From Bacteroidales bacterium (lineage in GTDB: Bacteria; Bacteroidota; Bacteroidia; Bacteroidales; VadinHA17), in contig JBEKWS010000008.1 of the NCBI GenBank assembly GCA_049512815.1, positions 7,013-71,012 on the forward strand: 64,000 bases of DNA, read 5' to 3'. The notes beneath the pieces were generated by a model. It ran no database searches. It was not told the DNA's origin and worked only from the letters and a program-made list of their open reading frames with translations. The position numbers and the translations under genes were made by a program. Every line of letters starts with the position of its first letter. The first letter of the stretch is position 1. Of the stretch, positions 1 through 8,506 are shown piece after piece.

Positions 1-1226
1 GATGACTGGTAAAATCGGTATCCTTTATATTTGAGGATATTATTCATGAAAATCATAAAAGGTTTTTCAACATTTTCTCTCTTATCAAAAAGAACAACAT
101 CGCTTTTGTAACCTGAAGGGCTCGTAGAACCAGGGTATCTCTCGAGAATGAAATGATTAAGTTTAATAGCAAAAGGAAGCATTATTAACTTTGAGCCATA
201 GCTGATCTCAAATGTGTTCCCATCTAATACACAGAAACCTGAAGCAATTTTTTCACCCTCTCTGTCCCATAAATAAACTATTGCCGATTCTTTGCCGCTA
301 AAAAGATGAAAAATAAAAGCATTCAGCCCTGTATTCTGTTCAGCAGGTTTTACTGCAACTGCTTTAATAACACCGGCAACCGACATCTGTTGAGGTACAA
401 TTTTTATATCATTTATTGTTAAAATCTGCATCTTTCTTAATTCAACCCGTTTGCCTGGCGCTGTTGAAGTTACTGACTGCGTCATCATGCTCATCTCACC
501 AAGGATGAATCTGGAGGTAATAAAAAACCTCCCTGAATCAACTGAAATATTTACATCAGCCGGTTGTGGTGAATCAAACCCGAAAGAAATTCCATTTGAA
601 GTTTTCGTAAAACCCTTTTTAAGAGTAAGAATTTCTTTTGACATCATATTTTTCGTTATAAGCATGGAAACAACAGGTTCTCCTTCAGGGCTATCAGACA
701 AAACTTCAGAGGCATTCGGGATGATCTTTGCTAGTACCAGTTCATAATCCTTATTATTGATTTTAAGTACTTTTTTAAAATTATCGGCTGAAACTGAGGT
801 CATTGAATATTTTTCGGAATGGCTCGTAATGATAGTTCCATTAATATCTTTAACCGAATAGCCAATATATTTTTCATTCGAAAAGCACTCTTTCTGTTCT
901 TCTCCTTCGCGAATATGAATTGAACCTTCCCATCCGAAATACCTTGTTATCCCGGCACCAATAATCATAAGAATGAATGAAAGGTGAAAGAGAGCCACAG
1001 GTAGTTTTGATCTCCTGAAGAGTTTAAATATAACTAACTGCCCTACAAGGTTCACAGAAAGAAGTAACAAGATCAACTCGAACCATTTTGTATTATAGAC
1101 CATACTGTAAGAAGCAAGTGAACCAAAATCATTCTCGATAAATGTGGCCACTGCCATGGCAAAGGCAAATAATACAAAAAGGATCCCCATTAAAACCGGA
1201 GAAAAAAGAAATTTAATATATTTCAT
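1..1226 (-). CDS. Cytochrome c biogenesis protein, ResB/Ccs1 (CcsB) family. The N-terminus is in the window and the C-terminal part runs off the left edge.
   Basis: The minus-strand frame is open from the ATG at 1226-1224 to position 1, so it is absent from the ORF track. My translation begins MKYIKFLFSPVLMGILFVLFAFAMAVATFIENDFGSLASYSMVYNTKWFELILLLL, a ResB-like hydrophobic N-terminus. It sits next to many cytochrome c genes. Confidence 0.6.
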   Translation of the reverse strand, partial: MKYIKFLFSPVLMGILFVLFAFAMAVATFIENDFGSLASYSMVYNTKWFELILLLLSVNLVGQLVIFKLFRRSKLPVALFHLSFILMIIGAGITRYFGWEGSIHIREGEEQKECFSNEKYIGYSVKDINGTIITSHSEKYSMTSVSADNFKKVLKINNKDYELVLAKIIPNASEVLSDSPEGEPVVSMLITKNMMSKEILTLKKGFTKTSNGISFGFDSPQPADVNISVDSGRFFITSRFILGEMSMMTQSVTSTAPGKRVELRKMQILTINDIKIVPQQMSVAGVIKAVAVKPAEQNTGLNAFIFHLFSGKESAIVYLWDREGEKIASGFCVLDGNTFEISYGSKLIMLPFAIKLNHFILERYPGSTSPSGYKSDVVLFDKRENVEKPFMIFMNNILKYKGYRFYQS

Positions 1227-1325
1227 ATTATTATTCTGTTACATATTTAATCTAATAAGTCGGAAGTCCTATGACCGAAGTCCGTGTCGCACTTCTTCAG
1301 ACTTCTGGCTTCTGACTTCTCAACA

Positions 1326-2093
1326 TTAACCCCTTTCTGATATCTGAATAAGCTTTTCCCTGTCCAGTATTTTTATCTTTGACGAATCAGAATAAATAAC
1401 TCCTGAAACCTCAAGTTTCTTCAGTATTCTTACAACACATTCCTTGGCCATATTTGTCATCTCGCCAAGTTCTTGACGTGATAGGATCATTTCATATTCG
1501 TCTTTGTGGAACACCTGATCTGAAAAATACAATAATGCGTCTGCAAGTCTGCCGGACATTTTCTTTTGTGACAGGTTGACCATCCTGTTAAGTGACCCAA
1601 GCGATTTTGCACTGATATCTTCGAGGAGGCCCTCTGCAAATGGTCCGTTCACCCTTACCAGATGTTTGAAAATCTCAAAATTTATAAAACAGGCCTGAAC
1701 AGCAGTTATAGCAGCAACTGTATAGGTATGTCTGGAATTTACGTATGCACCGGGACCCATTATCAACCTTCCGGGTAAAGCAATACTCATTATAAAATTT
1801 TTCCCGTTTAATCCCTCAATATATGTTTTTGCCATTCCGGATGCCAGAAACAAAGCATTAGATGTGGGAGAGCCCTGTTTCATCATAATCTCACCAGGTT
1901 TAAATGTGGCTTCATACCTGTTGTCGTTTACCAGTCGAAGCTCCTCTTTTGTCAGATGCTGAAAGTTTTTCCATCGGCGGGTGCAGGTCTCACAACTACT
2001 TATTAAATTGACCACTGACATATTTCCGTTTTTAAAGGGGTTCAAAAATAGGTTATTAATAACATAAGAATCTACAAAACTAACAAATATCAC
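1326..2093 (-). CDS. Crp/Fnr family transcriptional regulator. The likely true start is M25 at 2021.
   Basis: A cNMP-binding-like beta-roll is followed by a C-terminal HTH (SRQELGEMTNMAKECVVRILKKLEVSGVI). An N-terminal CETC motif is present. Confidence 0.8.
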   Translation of the reverse strand: MIFVSFVDSYVINNLFLNPFKNGNMSVVNLISSCETCTRRWKNFQHLTKEELRLVNDNRYEATFKPGEIMMKQGSPTSNALFLASGMAKTYIEGLNGKNFIMSIALPGRLIMGPGAYVNSRHTYTVAAITAVQACFINFEIFKHLVRVNGPFAEGLLEDISAKSLGSLNRMVNLSQKKMSGRLADALLYFSDQVFHKDEYEMILSRQELGEMTNMAKECVVRILKKLEVSGVIYSDSSKIKILDREKLIQISERG

Positions 2094-2101
2094 CCTATTA
2101 G

Positions 2102-2115
2102 TTGATATATATCAC
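2102..2115. promoter_or_regulatory. FNR/CRP-like imperfect palindrome TTGAT-ATAT-ATCAC
   Basis: Read directly from the sequence. It lies in the divergent intergenic region between the Crp/Fnr gene and the multihaem lipoprotein gene. Confidence 0.35.
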
Positions 2116-2228
2116 TCAGAAACACTATATCTGTCAATTATATATATCGCAAATAGCATATTATCTGCTAATAAAATAACAGAGCTTTTTAGTACATTGC
2201 AAAACGAAATTTCATAAATAAACCATAC

Positions 2229-3536
2229 ATGAAAAACCTTTTCAGATTATTTTCATTTTTATTTTCGGCTGGATTTCTGCTCACAGCTTGTGAAGGTCCT
2301 ATGGGCCCTGCCGGGACTGCCGGAACAGATGGGAAAGATGCGAATGCGACCTGTACCCAATGTCATAATTCAACCGGTGTTGATTCGGTAAAAACCCAAT
2401 TTGCATATTCAAAACATTCCTATGGCGATGCAAATTTCGAGGAAGTCGGTAGTACAGGTTGTTCCCCTTGCCACGAATCAGAGGCCTTTAAATATGTAGT
2501 TGAAAACAATGTATCAACGGTCTTCTCAATTGTACCTCCTGCAACTACTTATTCCAATCCTTATGCTTCATCTCCTGATAAATCCTACGGCCCTATGCAG
2601 TGCAATATGTGCCATAGCAAATTACATACTACATATACCTTTGCTGATTTCATGCCTCTGACAACTACTGCAGCCGTGCCAATGACCTTTTTCGGTGGTG
2701 CAAAAACCATTGACCTTCCACAGGATGATAGCAAAAGCAATTTATGCGCTAAATGCCATCAACCTCGTCCTTTTACAAATTCAAACACAAATAAGAATGT
2801 ATTGAATTACGCCTTATTAGTAAGCAATCCGACTGCTGTATTCTACGATGCAGCTCAATCCAATAGTCTGAATGTTCTTAAACCCAGTTTCAGAACAAGT
2901 ACACATAATGGTACTACCGCAGCAATATTTGCCGGTATTGGTGGTGTGGAATTCGGAACAGGTTACACCAATTCACAGCATACAACTGTTGCATCATGCC
3001 AGGATTGCCATATGGCACCAATGACAGGAAAAGCCGGGGGACACACATTTTCTGCCCAGGGAAACTTTAACGGATGTAATGTTGCAGGTTGCCATTCGGC
3101 CAATCCTATATCTTCAGCAACTACATCAAAATACTGGAAACAGACCAGAGACGGGGTTAAAGCACAACTCGACCAGTTAGCAGCAAAATTACAGATCGGG
3201 GGCATTGATATTCTAAATAGAAATAGTGATGCGACTTCAAACCTATGGGCCGGACTCACAACAAATAACTATGACGGAAATCTGAATATATATGACCCTG
3301 TCAATAATCCTACCGGCATTGTCTATAATACAACTATGTTTCAGAATACAAGCACTACAGGCTTTACTGCTGAGCAGATCGCAGCTAATAATTTATTACC
3401 AAAAATTACCTTGACGAATGCACAAATGGGAGCTGTTATCAACTTCCAGTTATGCCTCAGAGATTTTAGTTTAGGTATTCATAATGCTGCATATACAACA
3501 ACTTTGTTAGCTAACTCAATAGCAGTACTTCCATAA
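2229..3536 (+). CDS. Multihaem c-type cytochrome lipoprotein with a short collagen-like GXY tract
   Basis: Signal peptide plus lipobox (LLTAC). Five CxxCH sites (CTQCH, CSPCH, CNMCH, CAKCH, CQDCH) plus one CX4CH (CNVAGCH). A GPMGPAGTAGTDGKD tract follows the lipid cysteine. Confidence 0.8.
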   Translation: MKNLFRLFSFLFSAGFLLTACEGPMGPAGTAGTDGKDANATCTQCHNSTGVDSVKTQFAYSKHSYGDANFEEVGSTGCSPCHESEAFKYVVENNVSTVFSIVPPATTYSNPYASSPDKSYGPMQCNMCHSKLHTTYTFADFMPLTTTAAVPMTFFGGAKTIDLPQDDSKSNLCAKCHQPRPFTNSNTNKNVLNYALLVSNPTAVFYDAAQSNSLNVLKPSFRTSTHNGTTAAIFAGIGGVEFGTGYTNSQHTTVASCQDCHMAPMTGKAGGHTFSAQGNFNGCNVAGCHSANPISSATTSKYWKQTRDGVKAQLDQLAAKLQIGGIDILNRNSDATSNLWAGLTTNNYDGNLNIYDPVNNPTGIVYNTTMFQNTSTTGFTAEQIAANNLLPKITLTNAQMGAVINFQLCLRDFSLGIHNAAYTTTLLANSIAVLP

Positions 3537-3615
3537 TCTATTTACATTAAATAAAGAATAATTTATTCAATCCTCAGAGTTATGCCTTTGGGGGTTGTTT
3601 TTTTGGAGCCGGCAT

Positions 3616-3642
3616 AAAAAAAGCTGAACAATTCAGTTCAGC
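3616..3642 (-). terminator. Intrinsic terminator for the 3672-4067 cytochrome c gene
   Basis: The minus strand reads gctgaac-tgaatt-gttcagc followed by ttttttt, 30 nt after the stop codon. Confidence 0.55.
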
Positions 3643-3671
3643 CTTTGATTTTGAAGAAATACTATCTTCCT

Positions 3672-4067
3672 TTACTTCTTCAATGTTCTCAAGTAGTTGA
3701 CAACATTCCAGATATCATTATCTGATAATTTGCCTTCATACTTTGGCATTTCGCTTCTTCCGGTTTTTGTTTTATAAAAAAGATCGCCATCAGCAAGATT
3801 CTGGAATTCAGCTTTAGAAAAATCACCCGGGAATGTTTTAAGAGCCCTGGCTTTTACGCCATCGCCAAGACCAGCTTTCCCATGGCAGGATGCGCAATTC
3901 TTTGTATAAAGATCCATCCCGGTTTTGGTACTTGCGGCACTCTGAGCAATAGGGTTCTTCATTGAACTGGAGTTAGCCGGTACAACCCATGGCTTAGGCT
4001 GTGCCATCAATGTTGCGCTTAACATCAAAACCGAAGCGCTGGCAAATAAAAGTTTCAAAGTTTTCAT
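3672..4067 (-). CDS. Monohaem class I cytochrome c, secreted (paralog A)
   Basis: Signal peptide, a single CASCH site and a distal MPKY methionine. About 71 percent identical to the 7411-7806 product by hand alignment. Confidence 0.85.
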   Translation of the reverse strand: MKTLKLLFASASVLMLSATLMAQPKPWVVPANSSSMKNPIAQSAASTKTGMDLYTKNCASCHGKAGLGDGVKARALKTFPGDFSKAEFQNLADGDLFYKTKTGRSEMPKYEGKLSDNDIWNVVNYLRTLKK

Positions 4068-4581
4068 AAATATTATAGTATTAATTAAGGTGATAAATAC
4101 AATTATCGTGCAAAAGTTAGTTTAAATTTCTGAGTTCATCCTTCGCTATTTTTCAGCAAGGATATTTTTCCTTATAAGGCTGATTAAAACAAAGATATTA
4201 TGATCCAAGACAACGGCAAACAAAATTTGCATTAATTATTTCCTCATTTTTAGCGCTATATCTGATAATAGGTAAAGAATAGTTACAATTCTAATGTAAA
4301 AAACCACGGATTCAATTTGTAAATTTTAAACGTCGAATTAATAAATAACTACCAAAAATATTTGGGAGAATAGAAAATTAAAGCTATTATTGCTTTTACA
4401 CTTGTTATTATTCTTTTCTTGGTTATTGCCAATAAATTAGTTCCGAAATCTTTTTTAGAACACAGGCATTTAAGGACAATTAGCAATAATTGAAAACGAA
4501 TCACAAAATCTTCAATTTGATTTAATAAAGAAGGTTCTTTTCTACAACGCTTAAATTTTTTATTTGAAAAGTTAATTTAAT

Positions 4582-5163
4582 ATGAAGTATAAATTTTACG
4601 AAAACATTAAATTACCCCTTATAATAATAACACTTTTTCTTGTTTTGTTGTTTGGCTGTAAAAATAATGAATCAGACAATAATGGAATAAATAAAATAAA
4701 TAATGAAAAAGAAGAAATTAAAAGTACTGAACAATACAATGAATATGCTGTAGAACCACCTCCCTTCAGCGATGGTATATTTCCCTGCACTGATTGTCAT
4801 AAAAATTTAACTCCGAATCCTGTAAGAAGGGTATTAGTAGATTGGCATAACGATATTTCTGCAATGTTTAATCATGATAGTGAAAATCGTTGGTGTCTTG
4901 ATTGCCATGATCTTAAAAACAGAGATTCTTTAAGGCTTGCAAGTGGAAAATTATTAGATTTTAAGGAATCATATAAACTTTGCGGTCAGTGTCATGGGGA
5001 AAAATACAGAGACTGGAAAGTTGGGGTGCATGGAAAGAGAACTGGTGAATGGAACGGGAAAAAAGAATATTTGCTTTGTGTTAGTTGTCATAATCCTCAC
5101 TCACCAAAATTTAAAGAACTAAAGCCCGAACCGCCGCCAGTTATGCAGGAAGATATTAAATAA
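4582..5163 (+). CDS. Tetrahaem cytochrome c (c3-like) lipoprotein
   Basis: Lipobox LFGC. Four CxxCH sites (CTDCH, CLDCH, CGQCH, CVSCH). First gene of a three-gene plus-strand operon. Confidence 0.85.
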   Translation: MKYKFYENIKLPLIIITLFLVLLFGCKNNESDNNGINKINNEKEEIKSTEQYNEYAVEPPPFSDGIFPCTDCHKNLTPNPVRRVLVDWHNDISAMFNHDSENRWCLDCHDLKNRDSLRLASGKLLDFKESYKLCGQCHGEKYRDWKVGVHGKRTGEWNGKKEYLLCVSCHNPHSPKFKELKPEPPPVMQEDIK

Positions 5164-5189
5164 CTAGAATTATTGAATATTCAGCAAAA

Positions 5190-6080
5190 ATGAAAAACAA
5201 GAATTCAAGAAGATCGTTCATAAAAAATATTTCATTAGCAACATTTTCGGCACTTGCACTTTCAGGTTGTAATTCGGTAGTATTTGATGAATTTCTTCAG
5301 CGAAATTTTAAAACATTATCAAAAAAGGAAAAGGATAAAATAATTAAAAATCTGGAAACTAAATACAAAGAAAAGTACGGTAAAGAATTTCATGTGTCTG
5401 ACAAACCTGCGATAGATGGAACCTTATTTGGATATGCCCTCGATTTATCCAGATGTGTTGGATGCAGGAGATGTGTTTATGCATGTGTTAAAGAAAACAA
5501 TCAGTCGCGTGAGCCTCAAATTCATTATATAGAGGTGCTTCAGATGGAAAAAGAGAAAGGGATAGATTTTGCTCATTCCACTGCTCAGTATAATCCGGAA
5601 AAAGTTCCGGAAAAAGGATATTTTTATGTGCCAGTACAATGCCAGCAGTGTCAAAATCCTCCATGTGTAAAAGTTTGCCCGGTGAAAGCCACATGGCAGG
5701 AACCTGATGGTATTACTGTGGTTGATTACAATTGGTGTATCGGATGCAGGTATTGTATGGCAGCCTGCCCCTATGGAGCAAGGCATTTCAATTGGGGCGA
5801 GCCAAATGTGCCTATTGAAGAATTAAATACTGAAGTGCATTATTTAGGTAACAGGCCAAGAATGAAGGGTGTAGTAGAAAAATGTACTTTTTGTGTTCAA
5901 AGAGCCAGAGAAGGTAAATACCCGGCATGTGTTGAAATATGCCCGGTAGGAGCAAGAAAATTCGGAAATCTTTTGGACCCCGAAAGCGAAATCAGATACA
6001 TATTAGAAAACAAACGAGTAATTGTACTGAAACAGGAATTGAACACACAACCTAAATTCTACTATTTCTTTGGTATCTAA
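5190..6080 (+). CDS. Tat-exported 4Fe-4S ferredoxin-type subunit (NrfC/HybA/PsrB-like)
   Basis: Twin-arginine motif SRRSFIK. Four Cys clusters (CVGCRRCVYAC, CQQCQNPPCVKVCP, CIGCRYCMAACP, CTFC...CVEICP). Confidence 0.85.
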   Translation: MKNKNSRRSFIKNISLATFSALALSGCNSVVFDEFLQRNFKTLSKKEKDKIIKNLETKYKEKYGKEFHVSDKPAIDGTLFGYALDLSRCVGCRRCVYACVKENNQSREPQIHYIEVLQMEKEKGIDFAHSTAQYNPEKVPEKGYFYVPVQCQQCQNPPCVKVCPVKATWQEPDGITVVDYNWCIGCRYCMAACPYGARHFNWGEPNVPIEELNTEVHYLGNRPRMKGVVEKCTFCVQRAREGKYPACVEICPVGARKFGNLLDPESEIRYILENKRVIVLKQELNTQPKFYYFFGI

Positions 6081-6138
6081 ATAAAAGTTAATATTAAAGA
6101 AGCATTTAAAGTAGTTAAAAAAATAAATAGAATTTAAT

Positions 6139-7392
6139 ATGAATTTTATTCGTTTTATAACAGGCAGTATAAAAATAATTTTCCGCGGGAGCAAAACATA
6201 TTATACATGGCTGATCTTTTTGTTATTATTAATACTTTGGGGAGGCTTTGGTTATTCGGGTCAGTTAGCTCACGGGTTAATTAAAACCCACATGCGGGAT
6301 TCTGTATCCTGGGCTTTTTATATTGGAAACTTTACCTTTCTTGTCGGAGTCGCTGCAGCGGCTGTTATGTTAGTCATTCCAGCTTATATTTATGATTGGA
6401 AACCAATTAAAGAAATTGTAATTTTTGGTGAATTGCTGGCTGTCTGTTCTGTTATTATGTGTCTTTCATTTATTATGGTAGATATTGGAAATCCACTCAG
6501 ATTCTGGCACATGCTACCTCTGATAGGCACATTGAACTTTCCATCTTCTATGCTCTCCTGGGATTTTTTCGTTCTTAACATCTATTTATTTCTTAATTTA
6601 TTTGTTGTAACCTATTTATTATATTGTATTTTTTATAAAAAAGAATATAATAAATCAATTGTTTTACCGCTTGTTTTAATCAGCATTCCAATGGCTGTTG
6701 CTATCCATACAACGACAGCATTTCTTTATAATGCCTTACCTGGACGTGCATTCTGGAATAGCGCTTTACTTGCTCCAAGATTTTTAGCATCAGCTTTTTG
6801 CTCAGGTCCGGCTATTCTTTTGATTCTGTTTCAAATACTTAGAAAAACTACTAAGTTCGAAATAAAAGATGAAGCTATTTGGAAAATTGCTGAACTTATG
6901 GTCTATGCCATGTTCATTTACCTGTTTTTTACTATTGCTGAACTTTTTAAAGAGTTCTATTCCGGAACTGAGAATATCTTGTATTGGAAATATTTACTTT
7001 TCGGGATAGGGGAGCACAAAGAAATCGTTCCTTACAGCTGGTCGTCAATTATTATGGGATGTATCGCTTTTATACTTTTCTTAATTCCCAAAACCCGAAA
7101 AAATTTTCTGACTCTTAACATTGGGGCAGTTCTTATATATGGAAGCGTTTATGTAGAAAAAGGAATTGCTCTGATTATTCCTGCATTTACCCCGGATGTT
7201 TTAGGACAGATATATGTATATACCCCATCTATGACTGAAATCAGAACTGCGGTGATGATATTTTCAATTGGATTTTTACTTTTTACCTTTTTATCAAAAA
7301 TTGCTATAGCTATTGTATTTGAAAATTACAATATTGAGAGTCTAAGACCAAAAAAAGAGGCTGCCCAAATTAGTACAGCCTCGAATCTTTAA
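6139..7392 (+). CDS. NrfD/PsrC family polytopic membrane quinone-interacting subunit
   Basis: A 417 aa, highly hydrophobic multi-TM protein directly after the NrfC-like gene. This is the typical NrfCD gene order. Confidence 0.75.
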   Translation: MNFIRFITGSIKIIFRGSKTYYTWLIFLLLLILWGGFGYSGQLAHGLIKTHMRDSVSWAFYIGNFTFLVGVAAAAVMLVIPAYIYDWKPIKEIVIFGELLAVCSVIMCLSFIMVDIGNPLRFWHMLPLIGTLNFPSSMLSWDFFVLNIYLFLNLFVVTYLLYCIFYKKEYNKSIVLPLVLISIPMAVAIHTTTAFLYNALPGRAFWNSALLAPRFLASAFCSGPAILLILFQILRKTTKFEIKDEAIWKIAELMVYAMFIYLFFTIAELFKEFYSGTENILYWKYLLFGIGEHKEIVPYSWSSIIMGCIAFILFLIPKTRKNFLTLNIGAVLIYGSVYVEKGIALIIPAFTPDVLGQIYVYTPSMTEIRTAVMIFSIGFLLFTFLSKIAIAIVFENYNIESLRPKKEAAQISTASNL

Positions 7393-7410
7393 GAAAAAAG
7401 ATTTTCTTCT

Positions 7411-7806
7411 TTACTTCTTCAAAGTTCTTACATAGTTAACAACATTCCAGATATCATCATCTGATAATTTTCCTTCATATTTTGGCATGTCACCTCTTCC
7501 TGTTTTGGTTTTGTAGAAATGTTCTCCATCTGTCTGATTCTGTGATTCTGCTTTTGAAAAGTTCGTTGGGACGGTTTTAAGTGATTTTGCTTTCGGTCCA
7601 TCACCAAGACCAGTTTTTCCATGACATGCAGCACAGGTTTTTGCATAGAGAGACTGTCCTGCTATCGTGCTGGCATCGCTCATGGCAATAGGATTCTTCA
7701 TTGTTTTGAAGTTAGCCGGTACAACCCATGGTTTTGGTTGTGCAACCAAAGAAATGCTCAGAAACATAACTGCTGAGCAGATAAAGATCAATTTAAGAGT
7801 TTTCAT
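7411..7806 (-). CDS. Monohaem class I cytochrome c, secreted (paralog B)
   Basis: Signal peptide and a CAACH site. Same length (131 aa) as the 3672-4067 product and collinear with it. Confidence 0.85.
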   Translation of the reverse strand: MKTLKLIFICSAVMFLSISLVAQPKPWVVPANFKTMKNPIAMSDASTIAGQSLYAKTCAACHGKTGLGDGPKAKSLKTVPTNFSKAESQNQTDGEHFYKTKTGRGDMPKYEGKLSDDDIWNVVNYVRTLKK

Positions 7807-7877
7807 AATCCTCGATTTTAATTTATGTATAAAGATAACAATAACCGTGCAAATAATAATTTCAAAATTATTTAAAA

Positions 7878-8495
7878 TTATTCGTCATCCGAAACATTGT
7901 AGCCCGTTATGATTCCCCTGAAAAGAGAAGTCGGCTTAGTTCCAAGTGTGCAGGTATAAACATGGATTATCATAAATATCGTAAGGAAGAAACCCATTGT
8001 GATATGCAGTATGTCGGTAAGAATAAGACCACTAATGCCAAAAAATGTTGTAATGGTTATTTCAGGTAGCAACAGACCGATTCCTGATATAATAAGTAAA
8101 GGAAAAGCCACATACATGGCGAGTACATAAGTTAACTTTTGAAGTGGATTAAATTTGCGTTCTTCAGTTACAGGAAACGGATGTTTTTCACCTTTGAACA
8201 TTCCACTTGAATAATATTTAAATTGCTTCCGCAGATTTAACAAAAAATCTTTTCTGCCAATTCTGTAATACCTTCCATTATTTGTCAGAAGGTTTCCTGT
8301 AACAAATAATATATAGTTTAAAACCAATACCATAGCAGCAAAATTATGCCATCTTACTGCTTTGGCAAACCCGACAACATAAGAGGCATTTTCTTTATCA
8401 GTATACTGCATACTTAAACCAGTAACAATAAGAATAAGAAACATTATTGCGTTTATAACATGCCAGATCCTGATCCATTTTGGGTAGAGATACAT
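7878..8495 (-). CDS. Membrane b-type cytochrome (cytochrome b561 / HydC-FdnI-like family)
   Basis: About 4-5 TM helices with conserved His in the helices (WHVINAIMF, RWHNFAAMV, DILHITMGFF). Lies 12 nt downstream of the heptahaem gene. Confidence 0.7.
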   Translation of the reverse strand: MYLYPKWIRIWHVINAIMFLILIVTGLSMQYTDKENASYVVGFAKAVRWHNFAAMVLVLNYILFVTGNLLTNNGRYYRIGRKDFLLNLRKQFKYYSSGMFKGEKHPFPVTEERKFNPLQKLTYVLAMYVAFPLLIISGIGLLLPEITITTFFGISGLILTDILHITMGFFLTIFMIIHVYTCTLGTKPTSLFRGIITGYNVSDDE

Positions 8496-8506
8496 CTTCG
8501 TTTCCT

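Noticed and set aside
451-1329. Plus-strand ORFs 451-747 and 1144-1329.
   Set aside because: Both are antisense to, or overlap the start of, the ResB-like frame and the gacttct repeat island. Neither has recognisable motifs.
2292-2342. A genuine collagen triple-helix domain.
   Set aside because: Five GXY triplets are too few to claim a structural collagen domain. It is reported only as a flexible linker-like tract.
4068-4581. A 514-nt AT-rich intergenic region upstream of the tetrahaem operon, considered as a possible ncRNA or small-ORF locus.
   Set aside because: I could not identify a convincing ORF, a stable stem-loop or an exact TAnnTTTG box. It is most simply a long promoter or regulatory spacer.
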